64,000 bases of DNA from Euglena gracilis (Eukaryota), in assembly GCA_039621445.1 (NCBI GenBank), contig CP154954.1:43026632-43090631 (forward strand), in the 5' to 3' direction. Numbering within the stretch: the first letter of the stretch is position 1; each line of letters begins with the position of its first letter. Below are positions 9,001 through 27,639 of the stretch, one piece after another. The notes below the pieces were generated by a model that was not told the DNA's origin, searched no databases, and saw nothing but the letters and a program-made list of their open reading frames with translations. The position numbers and the translations under genes are program-made.

Positions 9001-11561
9001 CGGGCGTGTCCTTGCTGACCCCGGACGACATCAACGACCCCCACGAGCAGGCGGTGTACACGGACGGCTCGGTTTGCGCTGGAGGGGGGGGGAGCCGCGG
9101 TGTGGCGTCCAGTGGACGGGGAGTCCCTGCTGCTCCACGTCCCAGCGCCGCGCGCAGCAGCACCCACTGCGAACTGCTCGCCCTGGAGCTGGCGCTGAGC
9201 TTGCAGCCATCTCAGGTCCTCACCGACTCGCTGTGCGCGCTGCAGCTCCTCCGTGGCTGGGGCTCGATGTCGGAGTCGCGGCGATTATGCTGCCTGGATC
9301 GAGTGGAAGTGCGTCGGGTGCTGGCAGCTGCCAAGGCGTGCATCCTGCCCGTGGTGCTGGAGAAGGTGCGGGCTCATGACGACCGCGGGCTCCAGCGTGG
9401 GCTGCCGAAGGCGGTGGGCAATGATGCTGCCGACGCCCTGGCCAAGCAGGCTGCGGCGGGGATGACCTCCCTCTCTGTCCAGCCCCCGGAGGACGTCCCG
9501 ATGGTGGGCCCGGCGGGCGACCCGGTCGTGCTGCTGGATGGCAATGGTTCGGTGGTGCTCAGCGTCCCCTCCTCCTTCCCGGCGGCGTGGTGGCGACGTT
9601 GTCGGCGACTGTGGTCCTCCAAGGGACCTCGCCCCCGGCTGGACATCCTCTTCCCCGTGGGCTTGGACTTCGACTGGGCCTCCTCCACCGCCGTCTTCCG
9701 CCGGCCGGTGGTCCAGCCCGGCGGCTTCGTGCACAAGGTGGCCCCGCGGGTGATCAAGTGGGTCGCCCGTGTACGTGGCGGCTGTCTCGCTACGCGGGAG
9801 CGTCTGGCACGACACGGCATCGGCGGCGTGGTGTCACCTGTCTGCCTGTGCTGCGGGGTGGAGGCGGAGGACGACGCCCACGTGCTGGCGGGCTGTCCGG
9901 CTACCGGCGCTGCCCCCCCACTCCCGGCCCTGATGGATGTGTGGGCGCTGGCCTGTGCCACCTCGAAGCTCGGCGTGCCGCTCCCCCCGGCGACCTGGCT
10001 GACGGCGCACTGCTTCCCTCTGCTGGCGGCGCTCATCCCCTCCACTGTGCTGCACCACCACGCCCTTCCCACGGCGGATGCGGCGCGGTTCCTGCTGGCG
10101 CTGCACGTGGCCCTGGCTGAGCGCACGGCTGAGCTCCTCCGTCGTCGCGGTGAGCTCATCGCCACCTCCCCTGTGGTGGCAGCAGCGCCCTCCGACCGAC
10201 CCCCTGCTGACGACGCGGACCTGTTGATGACACCAGCAGCAAGCAGCCCCTCCTACGCACTCCCCCCGGGGCTGCGTCTCAGCGTCCCCGAGCTGCGGTC
10301 CCTGGAGCTGCGGCAGCGACAGCAGCCCCCTGCTCCGCCGCCCCCTGCAGGCCCCCCGCGGGCCCCCCCCTGTGGAAGCCCCCGCCGTCGGTGGCTGCAG
10401 TCCCGCTTGGTCGTGCTGCTGCGGGAGCATACGGTGGTCTGTCCTGCCAGCCGCGGCTGCCGGTCGGAGGTCTTTCTGGATCTCTTTGAGGAGTTGGTGG
10501 GGGAGCACTACACCACGACACCTGGCTCCTTGCCAGCTCACCGCCTGTCCGGCTTCGCCAAGGCGTTGGCCAACCTGGTGGGCTCCGCGGACCTGAGCCC
10601 CCCCCTCCAGCGGCACTCCTTGGGTGGCGGTCGGTGGCTGTATAACCGCACCCCCAGCATGCATCGGGATGCGGACCGGTGGCGCCAGCGGGCTGAGCGC
10701 GAACTAGCTGCCCGTCCGGTTCCCCGTTCCGCGGCAACCATCGAGGAGGTGGATGCAGGCCTTGCTGCTTGGCTGCGGTATCACCCCCACCTGCGGGCGG
10801 CAGCGGTGGAGCAGGGGTTGCCGAGCAAAGCGCTCCTTCTGCTGTGGGAGGTGGACAAGGGCATGCCCTTCCCGTCCACCGCGGGCAGCTCGGAGTCCGC
10901 GCTGGTCTTGGGCTTCACCCGTCGCCTGCGTCGCCAGGTTGGCCTGGACGACGAGCTGCGGGATTACATGATCCCCCGAGATGTGGTCGGTGCCCTGGGA
11001 CCGGGCCTGCGGGACAGCCACAACCAGCGCTGGCCGGTGCAGATCGTAACACCCGCCCCTGGGGAGCCAGCTGCCTGGTACGAGCTGTTCCAGCAACGGT
11101 GGAAGGATTACCTGTCATCTTTACGCGTCTCGGCGCCGGCGGAGGAGGCGGATCACCGGCGGGCGCGAGCGGTGGAGGACCTGGCTCCAGTGAAGAGGCG
11201 GCGGACAGCCCCTCCGGCACGAGCAGCGTCAGCCAAGCCCCCCGCCCCGCCGCGATCGTCAACCAGGGCACGGTCTCCAGCCGCCGAGGCCGACGTGCCC
11301 CCACCGAAGCGTCAGTCCACCTTGGACTGTTGGCGGCAACCTGCGAGGGCCCCGCTACCCCGTCATGGGCGAGCGGCTGAGGGTCCACCGACCTAATGGA
11401 GGAGGGATGGGGCGCTTGGCATCGTGGTGATCTCGGTCATCATGGCCTAGACAGCGCCCCGCGGTGAGGCCCCCCTCGCCGCTCCGACCGAACCCCCCCC
11501 CCCCGCCAGCCCCTGGGCCGCCGCCTCCCTGCGGCCGCCCTCAGGCCCCTTCGCCGCCTGA
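1..11561 (+). CDS. Papain-family (C1A) cysteine protease, copy A, 3' part only; multi-exon; last exon interrupted by a LINE
   Basis: Exons: ~1-18 (STSVDS, tentative), ~193-384 ([12 protein letters not shown]...[19 protein letters not shown], catalytic His and Asn), 2211-~2377 (Ala/Pro linker after CACAG), 2740-~2915 (hydrophobic [20 protein letters not shown]), ~3412-3482 plus 11510-11561 (GSPLLPPP...SPWAA / [11 protein letters not shown]-stop). Each exon has a counterpart in copy B. Confidence 0.85.
193..384 (+). CDS. Protease copy A exon carrying catalytic His/Asn
   Basis: NHAV, VGWG, RNSWG and WGEGGY motifs of C1A peptidases; essentially identical to 24283-24468. Confidence 0.95.
1740..2121. 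repeat. Compound (CA)n/(CAACA)n microsatellite in intron
   Basis: Directly visible. Confidence 0.97.
3464..3482 (+). repeat. Left target-site duplication of LINE (CCGCCAGCCCCTGGGCCGC)
   Basis: Identical 19-mer at 11503-11521; its first 2 C overlap the element's C tail, so the TSD is 17-19 bp. Confidence 0.92.
3532..5896 (+). CDS. LINE ORF1 (probably one ORF broken by a frameshift near 5330-5400); C-terminal coiled coil
   Basis: First ATG inside the element is at 3532, in the 3289..5541 frame. Protein-like sequence continues in the 5237..5896 frame ([36 protein letters not shown]), whose stop overlaps the ORF2 start (ATGCCTGA). Confidence 0.75.
5889..11396 (+). CDS. LINE ORF2 polyprotein: AP-like endonuclease, reverse transcriptase, RNase H, CCHC knuckle, C-terminal extension
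   Basis: [137 protein letters not shown]. Confidence 0.97.
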   Translation: MPESVLLGAAAPPGGVPASVLRVGTWNMSHWTAAKVSMVAALVSADVLAVQETHLAQVPLLSAHTTAANAGLHLHHGRPVQTTNRSEHGKSCGVGFLWRQGIAVLPAMPACPAWRRLHAMRRLHGVRLAPRPGLPLGLLLLSVYAPLAHQAERRPFDLEFAALVFALDMQVPTLLLGDFNGSLSPATDFLNSGRRPPCGLLADLLGPGRPWVDVHRVLLPAPLPFTYHQPGSGGSTMASRIDLVLANIAAMRLVREASVLEGLADGGHCPVLVSLSLDAGRIDWQPPRPRPPPLLYEASSDLASSAQWSDLVERWLLSPAVVALHPQPGESLDSLAAALRAALEHLVSLAGGWTVRPRKRRLAYDSKEVRCLRGQLDVLHRLAAQCRRALLGASSPGCWPHHWMALLDDLERRGVALPRDVPVAVLAAAVQNAISARLPDLQALLRRHRAERCKRFKAALPRLWKEDLGVIQRWLQTPGVPWGSRPVLDALGQQCLTAAAVDGAVRAFWVDQVLRQHAGLDEEERWRAFIGSRFGTYIPVTTWPSSPWTAARVSAALRSMREGAAPGLAGVPIAVWRSLPPPWPEAVARLLTLVQAQQRWPSCWLDAYVAMIPKASGGARPQDQRPITVLEVLYRLWAKGIVTTWTPTLQNVFLSDTAFGFRAGRGTLHAAQVVQDIMRLQRHRRAELWVASFDLAKCYDSLPWWAVFRVLRQSGVTEDVVATFAAFYRDVRRRFRYGTVFGEPWQACNGLAQGCPASPDLLNILFETFHRWATAQRLGVDVAGLHVASVSFADDLVLLAPSQPAVEALIAAYLEWCALLGVKVTKVQVWSTLGPGQAVSIGDSSVLTTAEFRFVGVELGLPNRTGDSAHWLPRLDKALSAAQRLRSLPLPAALNAVLWRTTVLPKALYGCELRNITAAQLAPLVAAAKSAVCTKPPLTLNAWNAPEVALGWPLGDSAPLHPMAFTRLLQLRWLHLLANGEGIASIIHRAVACPSMVWREPSLALRSALAAVGWSIERNTQCSRSASWPRLLPEPSLTGVSLLTPDDINDPHEQAVYTDGSVCAGGGGSRGVASSGRGVPAAPRPSAARSSTHCELLALELALSLQPSQVLTDSLCALQLLRGWGSMSESRRLCCLDRVEVRRVLAAAKACILPVVLEKVRAHDDRGLQRGLPKAVGNDAADALAKQAAAGMTSLSVQPPEDVPMVGPAGDPVVLLDGNGSVVLSVPSSFPAAWWRRCRRLWSSKGPRPRLDILFPVGLDFDWASSTAVFRRPVVQPGGFVHKVAPRVIKWVARVRGGCLATRERLARHGIGGVVSPVCLCCGVEAEDDAHVLAGCPATGAAPPLPALMDVWALACATSKLGVPLPPATWLTAHCFPLLAALIPSTVLHHHALPTADAARFLLALHVALAERTAELLRRRGELIATSPVVAAAPSDRPPADDADLLMTPAASSPSYALPPGLRLSVPELRSLELRQRQQPPAPPPPAGPPRAPPCGSPRRRWLQSRLVVLLREHTVVCPASRGCRSEVFLDLFEELVGEHYTTTPGSLPAHRLSGFAKALANLVGSADLSPPLQRHSLGGGRWLYNRTPSMHRDADRWRQRAERELAARPVPRSAATIEEVDAGLAAWLRYHPHLRAAAVEQGLPSKALLLLWEVDKGMPFPSTAGSSESALVLGFTRRLRRQVGLDDELRDYMIPRDVVGALGPGLRDSHNQRWPVQIVTPAPGEPAAWYELFQQRWKDYLSSLRVSAPAEEADHRRARAVEDLAPVKRRRTAPPARAASAKPPAPPRSSTRARSPAAEADVPPPKRQSTLDCWRQPARAPLPRHGRAAEGPPT
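11397..11504 (+). other. Structured LINE 3' UTR ending in a C12 run
   Basis: Stems GGGGCGCT (11409-16)/AGCGCCCC (11453-60) and GCGGTGAGG (11461-69)/CCTCGCCGC (11474-82); C run 11493-11504. Confidence 0.75.
11503..11521 (+). repeat. Right target-site duplication of LINE
   Basis: Identical to 3464-3482. Confidence 0.92.
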
Positions 11562-12139
11562 GCCTGCAGCGGCGGCGGCGCGGCCTGCCCCCTCCCCCCC
11601 TTCCCGGCAGGGGGCGGGGGAGGCGTTGAGGCACGCACTCTGACTAAATATTTCATACCCCTCCTTTGAGAGTCCTTTGCGGGCAAAGGAGTTGGTTTCC
11701 TTTTCCCGGGGTTGGGGGCCACCCACAAAAGTCTCAGGGGCATGACCATTTAGTTCCCCTGTGCCCCCCAACGTCCAACGACCCCTTCCCCCTGGTCAGA
11801 GAAACAGAGGTTGCCGGGGAGCACAATGCCCTGGCCTGTCCCGCCGAATTGGCAAAGCGTTGGTGTTTTGGGTTGTATTCGTTGGGTGGTTTTTGCAGTG
11901 AATGCAAAATGGGCGTTGCCTTTCTCCCATGCAGTGCCACCTCCCCCACCCCTGCGGCACCTTTCGGCTGGCTTCCATGTCGGCCGGCATTGCCACCACC
12001 CCGTCCGCATCGATGCCCTGCCCACGGCTGGCCCCCGCCGAAGGGAAGCGAAGGGAAGGGGGAAGGGATCTGTGGGTCACACCGCCTCACTGCAGGGGCC
12101 CAATGCACGCACACGGGGTGTGTTTTCCAGGTTGCCAGT

Positions 12140-12330
12140 TGAAATAGGCTGACACATAATCACTTGACTCATTGCTTCACATCACAAGAAGAGGAAAACT
12201 CTGAAAAAGAGTGAGGGGGAAATTCAGCATTTGGGGCTTTGCCCTAATAATTGCACAGTGCCCCTATAAGTGCACCCCTTGGATCTGAAACTTCGTCCTT
12301 GAAATGTGCACACCCGTGCACTGTTTTGGG
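12140..12330. repeat. Interspersed repeat (CCCTAATAAGTGC-motif family), related copy at ~19449-19780
   Basis: Shared TGACAC..AATCACTTGACTCA..GCTT..ACAAGAAG..GAAAAAGAGTG segment and repeated GCCCTAATAA motif. Confidence 0.7.
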
Positions 12331-14104
12331 GGTCCATGGTTTCAGCAGACGTTTGTGTGGTGTTTTCGAACTGCAGCCTAACCTTCCCGTGTGCACACCT
12401 CCCCCCGGGGGGTCCTTTTGGGCGTCTGGTCTCACTGGAAATCCCCCCCCCAGGCAGCCGTCACCCGGTGATTTGCCAGGGGACCACTTCCCAGGGTTGG
12501 TGGGCACTTGGCCTCCCCCCGCCTGCCCGCCTCCAAGCAGCCTTGCCGGCCGGCCGTGCCCGCCCCCAACGCCAGCCCCGACGACTGCTGCCGCCCGGTG
12601 GCCAGGGGGTGGCCAGGGCAGGGGGTGCCCTGGGACCGGGACCCCCCCCGGGGGGGGGGGGCTGAACCAACCCAACGGGGACGTGGCCAAACCCTGCCGG
12701 TGGCCCCACCGCCTCCCAGCCCTCGACCTCACTGCAGTCAGACACCGCACCCGGTAGGCTGCCAGGGGGGAGGGCCGGACTGTGACCAATGCTGGGGGGG
12801 GGGACATTCTTCAGGGGGGCATTTATCCCTTTTCTTCTTATTTGCTGTGTTCCATGTTTTTTCTTTTTGGGGAGGAACAGAGGAGGTTGCGGGACGGTAA
12901 GAGTTCAGAAAACACCCCAAGAGAGGTTGCGAATTGAAAGTCAAATCCCAAATTAAGGTTCAATTTGGGTTTTGGGGGAGTCGGATCTCTCATTTTATTT
13001 GCACAATTCCATATTGTCCTGTTTAAGAGAATTTCGATTAATATAATTAATTAATTACAATTGGGCCATTTGGTGTCGCTTTGGGCCGACTTCATTCATG
13101 TTAAGTCGGCTATTTTTAGGTCATCTGGGCCATCTTGGGGCACTTTTGGGGCATTTTGGTCCAGTATTTCAGGTCCTATTCCTTTCCAATTTGGAATGGA
13201 TGCCCACAGCAGCTATTTTTTCACTTGTCCTCCGCATTTTTACGCACAATCCCACATGAGTACCGCTTAATCCCGTGTAATTCCAAAAAAAAATATCCGC
13301 ACCATCCCCCCCCCCTGTTGCTCCCGCCAGCACCATATTTTTTTTTACTTCGACCTGGCACTGGTTCACGAGCCCCGAATGATTGAATGCTGAATCCGTC
13401 ACGGAACCTGTGGGACGGGGCAACCAGCGGTCCGGTCCTCCGGCCCCCGTCGAGGCTGGCGAGTTCCCCCTCCGCCCATCGCATCGTTGCCTGCCTCCTC
13501 TGCTGGCCTCTCGCATCGCGGCCTCCCCCCTCCGACCCCCCTCCCTGCCGATCCCCGGCCTGGGCCGTCGGGCTTGCAGTCCCCCCCCCCAATTGCCTCA
13601 AGTTGTGTATCGTTCTGTTGGATACCGGTGGGGTCCCCCGATGGTTCCACCCTCGCCCCCCATCCCCCTCGACGCCATTTTGGGTTGGCTCGCATGGCCG
13701 CCCGCCGTGCCCCGGAAGCCGTGGCGGAGCGGAAGTGGCCCCGTAGAGTCTTGGGGGGGGGGGCTGCGGGGGTCGACAGGCGGCTGGGGGTTTACCAGGC
13801 CGGTCGCCCGCTCCCCCGGGTCGGTGGGCTTCCCGCCGGGGCCCTCCCAGGCGGGGAGCCCGTTGGGCTGCCCCCGTGGCCCCCGGCCCCTCCCTCCCTC
13901 TTTGTTCGGCGCTGCACGGCGCTGCCCCACCCGGGGGAATTCCCCTCCACTCCACGGCGGCCACGCAACCACCCCCTCGAAGTACGGAGCCCCTATGGGG
14001 TCGAGGATTTGGGTCAACTTTGTTCCAGCCAGCCCAAATTTTCAGCCTCTGAGCCCCCCCCCCCCTGGTTGCCATGCAATTCGCTGCTCCGTGCACCTGC
14101 TTTA

Positions 14105-14200
14105 CACACAACGCACGCACACACAACACAACACAACACAACACAACACAACACAACACAACACAACACAACACAACACATATACTACACAAACAACACA
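14105..14200. repeat. (ACAAC)n microsatellite
   Basis: Directly visible. Confidence 0.95.
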
Positions 14201-15576
14201 ACTGGCGCACACACATTGACACATTAACATTCACACTCGCTCACCCCACTCTCACTTGCTCACTCACATTCAACTTCACTCACTCATTCACCCACTCATT
14301 CATTGAAGCACTCGCACACAAAGTCACTCATTCACACTCATTCATTCACTCACACATTCACTCATTTGTACTCCTCCACCCAGCATGCATGCACTCATGC
14401 GCACACACACATCCTTCCCCACAATGCATGTACGCACATGCACAGAACACACACAGGATGGGAATCCTCCTGCCCAGCCCCAGGGCTTCGCAATTCTCTC
14501 CCACCCCACCCCCACACTGCCAAGTGGGTGCTGCTCTCTGCACAGCTGCCCAGCAGCGTGTTCCATGTGCGGCGTTCCCCTGGATCTTGGCCGACGTCCT
14601 TCTTGGTGCTCTCTGAGGAGGAGGCACACAGAAGATTTGCAGTTTGAAGTTGATTTACATCATAGCATAGTGTGTTTACATTTACATCGCAGTATAGTAT
14701 GATCATATTTACACCACAATATAGTACCCTCCCCACCCTCCGGGAAACTGTCCTCCGGGAAACTGTCCTTACCCCCTGTGCCCGCTAACCTGTCCTCATA
14801 GGGACCTGTGTCCTACCCTTGCACTAAGGCGGCACATCTCGCACTTAAGCTTTTTTTTGGTTGGTGTGCGCATTTTTGCACACGTCCAGAATTTTAATTT
14901 TGGCATCGGCGTTAAAATAGGCGAGAGCGAGAGGGAGCACGATTGGACAAAATCCGAGTGAATTACCATTTTTGGCCCCAGCTCTCCCAGGAATTATGTG
15001 TTTTTTGCAGGTTTTTTTTGTGCTCGGAATGACACGAAAACCCCCGGACCTATCCCCTCAAAATGGCCAAAATGGGGGGGGGAACACCGGGAAAAAAAGC
15101 CAAAATCCCGGGACCGCAACCTCCCCTTCCTTTGTGGGAACGACATTTTTTTACGCAGACCAGACTGCCAAAAACCCAAAAATGGCAGCGTGTTGCAGGA
15201 CATGGAGGAAGCAGGGATTTTGACAGGCAGGATGCCTGAGAGCAGGTGTCACCCCAGCATATGGCACAACACCCAGCATATGTGTTTAGAACTCTCCAAT
15301 GGCCGTCTCATTAACTTAGGATATTGACTGAACGATTTGGGGAGGTGTGCCGAAGCCTAAAACGATACCCTTGGCTGTGTCAGAAATTGGTGGTCGGTGT
15401 GGGCAAATGCGCAATGGACGGTGTGCGCAAATGCGAACACCAACCATTTGCCTAATTGTGAAAAGGGCCATGTGTGCCAGCTGCGATTGGGGTGTTTGTT
15501 AAATTGTACAAGTGGTGTTTTTTTGTGCAAATGTGAAAAGTCTGTTTGTTCGGTTTGCACAGCTGCGCACACCAAC

Positions 15577-15708
15577 CAGGCTGTGTTTTAGTCGGGTGCC
15601 GACCCCACCCCGGGAGGGGGGGTGCCTGCCTGGGCAGGCACCACTGGGCAGGCACTCACAGGCACTCCGGACCCCCCCCCCCGGCCGGGGTGGGTAAAAA
15701 ACAGCCTG
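15577..15708. mobile_element. hAT-like MITE, 132 bp
   Basis: TIR CAGGCTGTGTTTTA / TAAAAAACAGCCTG; perfect 8-bp TSD ACACCAAC; related to 18604-18903. Confidence 0.88.
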
Positions 15709-16649
15709 ACACCAACCATTTGTGCCACTGAGCACACGTGCCGCTTAGAAGGTGCGGCACCACAGCAGTTTGGAAATACTAAATGCGAGATATTTTGCAC
15801 AATTTCAGTACAACTAAAGGACCAGCCCGCGGGCTTGAATTTGGGCCATTGGCAATTGAGCATGTGAAAAACCATTTCTTAGCTCCTGAAACAGCAAAAT
15901 GAACGGCACTTGCAGTTTTTGTCCTGAAAAACTGATTTCAAAGGTGCCCTCCACCCCTATTTGTTTAGTTCGAAAATGAGGCACAGTACGCTGGCAAAAA
16001 GGAAAATGGGCGTGTCAGCTGGCTTGAGGATCCCTGTGTTCAGGTTGCCAATGCAATACACTGACACGCTTCATTTGACCCTCTCAGACATATTTTACAA
16101 CACCACCACTTTGAGCACAACACTGCACACGCTGCTCTTCTCCCTTCCCGTTCTTCTCTTGTCTCAGAAGGCAGCAAAAAGAAAAACCTCCCAACCTCTG
16201 TCTCTTCTGGCACACCGGGGGGGGGGGGGTCTGCGGTCCTGGAGCACCCATGGGAAGGTCGACGATCGTGGGAAGTGTGCGGGCAGTTGCCACCGATGCC
16301 CTCCTGTTTGAGCCCAATGGGCCCCCATCCAGTCTGAGGGGAGGGGGGCCTTCTTCCAACCTGAACCCCCTCCCCCCCCATCAACGAGTTTGATTTCTTT
16401 TCGGGAAATGCCCTCAGCGGCCCAGCAGTTAGATTGTGGGGGGTCCCTGGGGGGGGCACACGGCGCCTCCTCTGTGGTCTTGAGAAGAAGCGTGGGGGGT
16501 GAGCAGCGGTTGCGGAATGTCCTCCTCCCCCGTCCCGGCGCCCCCCCTGAGTCGGCCCCGCTCGCCATCCAACACGGGCCTCCTCCGACGGGGGGAGGAG
16601 GCCGGCGGCGCGAGTGACAGACAGAAGGAGGACAGCGGCACTGCGCGGG

Positions 16650-16663
16650 GTCCTCCGCCGCAG
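16650..16663 (+). promoter_or_regulatory. Candidate splice acceptor (possibly spliced-leader trans-splicing) upstream of protease B start
   Basis: TCCTCCGCCGCAG ends 13 nt before ATG 16677; a similar CCCACAG precedes ATG 34583. Function is inferred. Confidence 0.4.
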
Positions 16664-16676
16664 GGCCCGTCGCCAA

Positions 16677-27140
<10,464 letters not shown>

Positions 27141-27639
27141 ACCTGCATGGCCCATGCCTGCGACGCCCCCCCCACCCCGGGGATTGGAGCTCCGGGCCAG
27201 GGGATGGGGCGTTGGGCGTTGGGCATCGCCCCCACCGGCTTCACGATGCTGACCCCCCCATGTTGGTCTGGCTTTCCGGTTCGGGGAGCAGGCGAGGATG
27301 GCTAGGCTCAGTCAACGCTTCTTTCTAAGGATGGTTGTGTTGCAATTATTGATAAAAGCAGGGCAGGTCAAAACATTTTGAAAAGGCAGTCAACCTCCTC
27401 CTTGTATTAATCCTCCTCCCCCAATCTCCGCCACCCCCCGCCAATGTCAGCTAAAAGTTCAAAGTGATCCCGGATTCCCCCGGTGCGGCAGGTCAGAAAT
27501 AGAACCCCAATTTTGGGTCTGTGGTCTGTCTTTCCGTTATTGTGGGCCTTTTGGCCAACCCCAAGGCCATTTAGTCACTTCGAACCTCAAACCTGCCCGG
27601 GGCTGAAAACTAACCTGGGGGGAGGGGGGTTCTGCATCC

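Larger units (their letters stand above)
3483..11504 (+). mobile_element. Full-length non-LTR retrotransposon (LINE) with RNase H
   Basis: Two long ORFs, APE-RT-RNH-CCHC domain order, flanking TSD; the paralogous uninterrupted exon at ~27035-27140 shows the empty site. Confidence 0.95.

Noticed and set aside
3303-11388. Many overlapping and antisense ORFs across the LINE
   Set aside because: Expected from high GC content and low stop frequency; no motifs.
12500-16300. Exon-like GC-rich patches (e.g. minus strand at 14530-14625)
   Set aside because: Could not assemble a consistent frame or domain; left unannotated.
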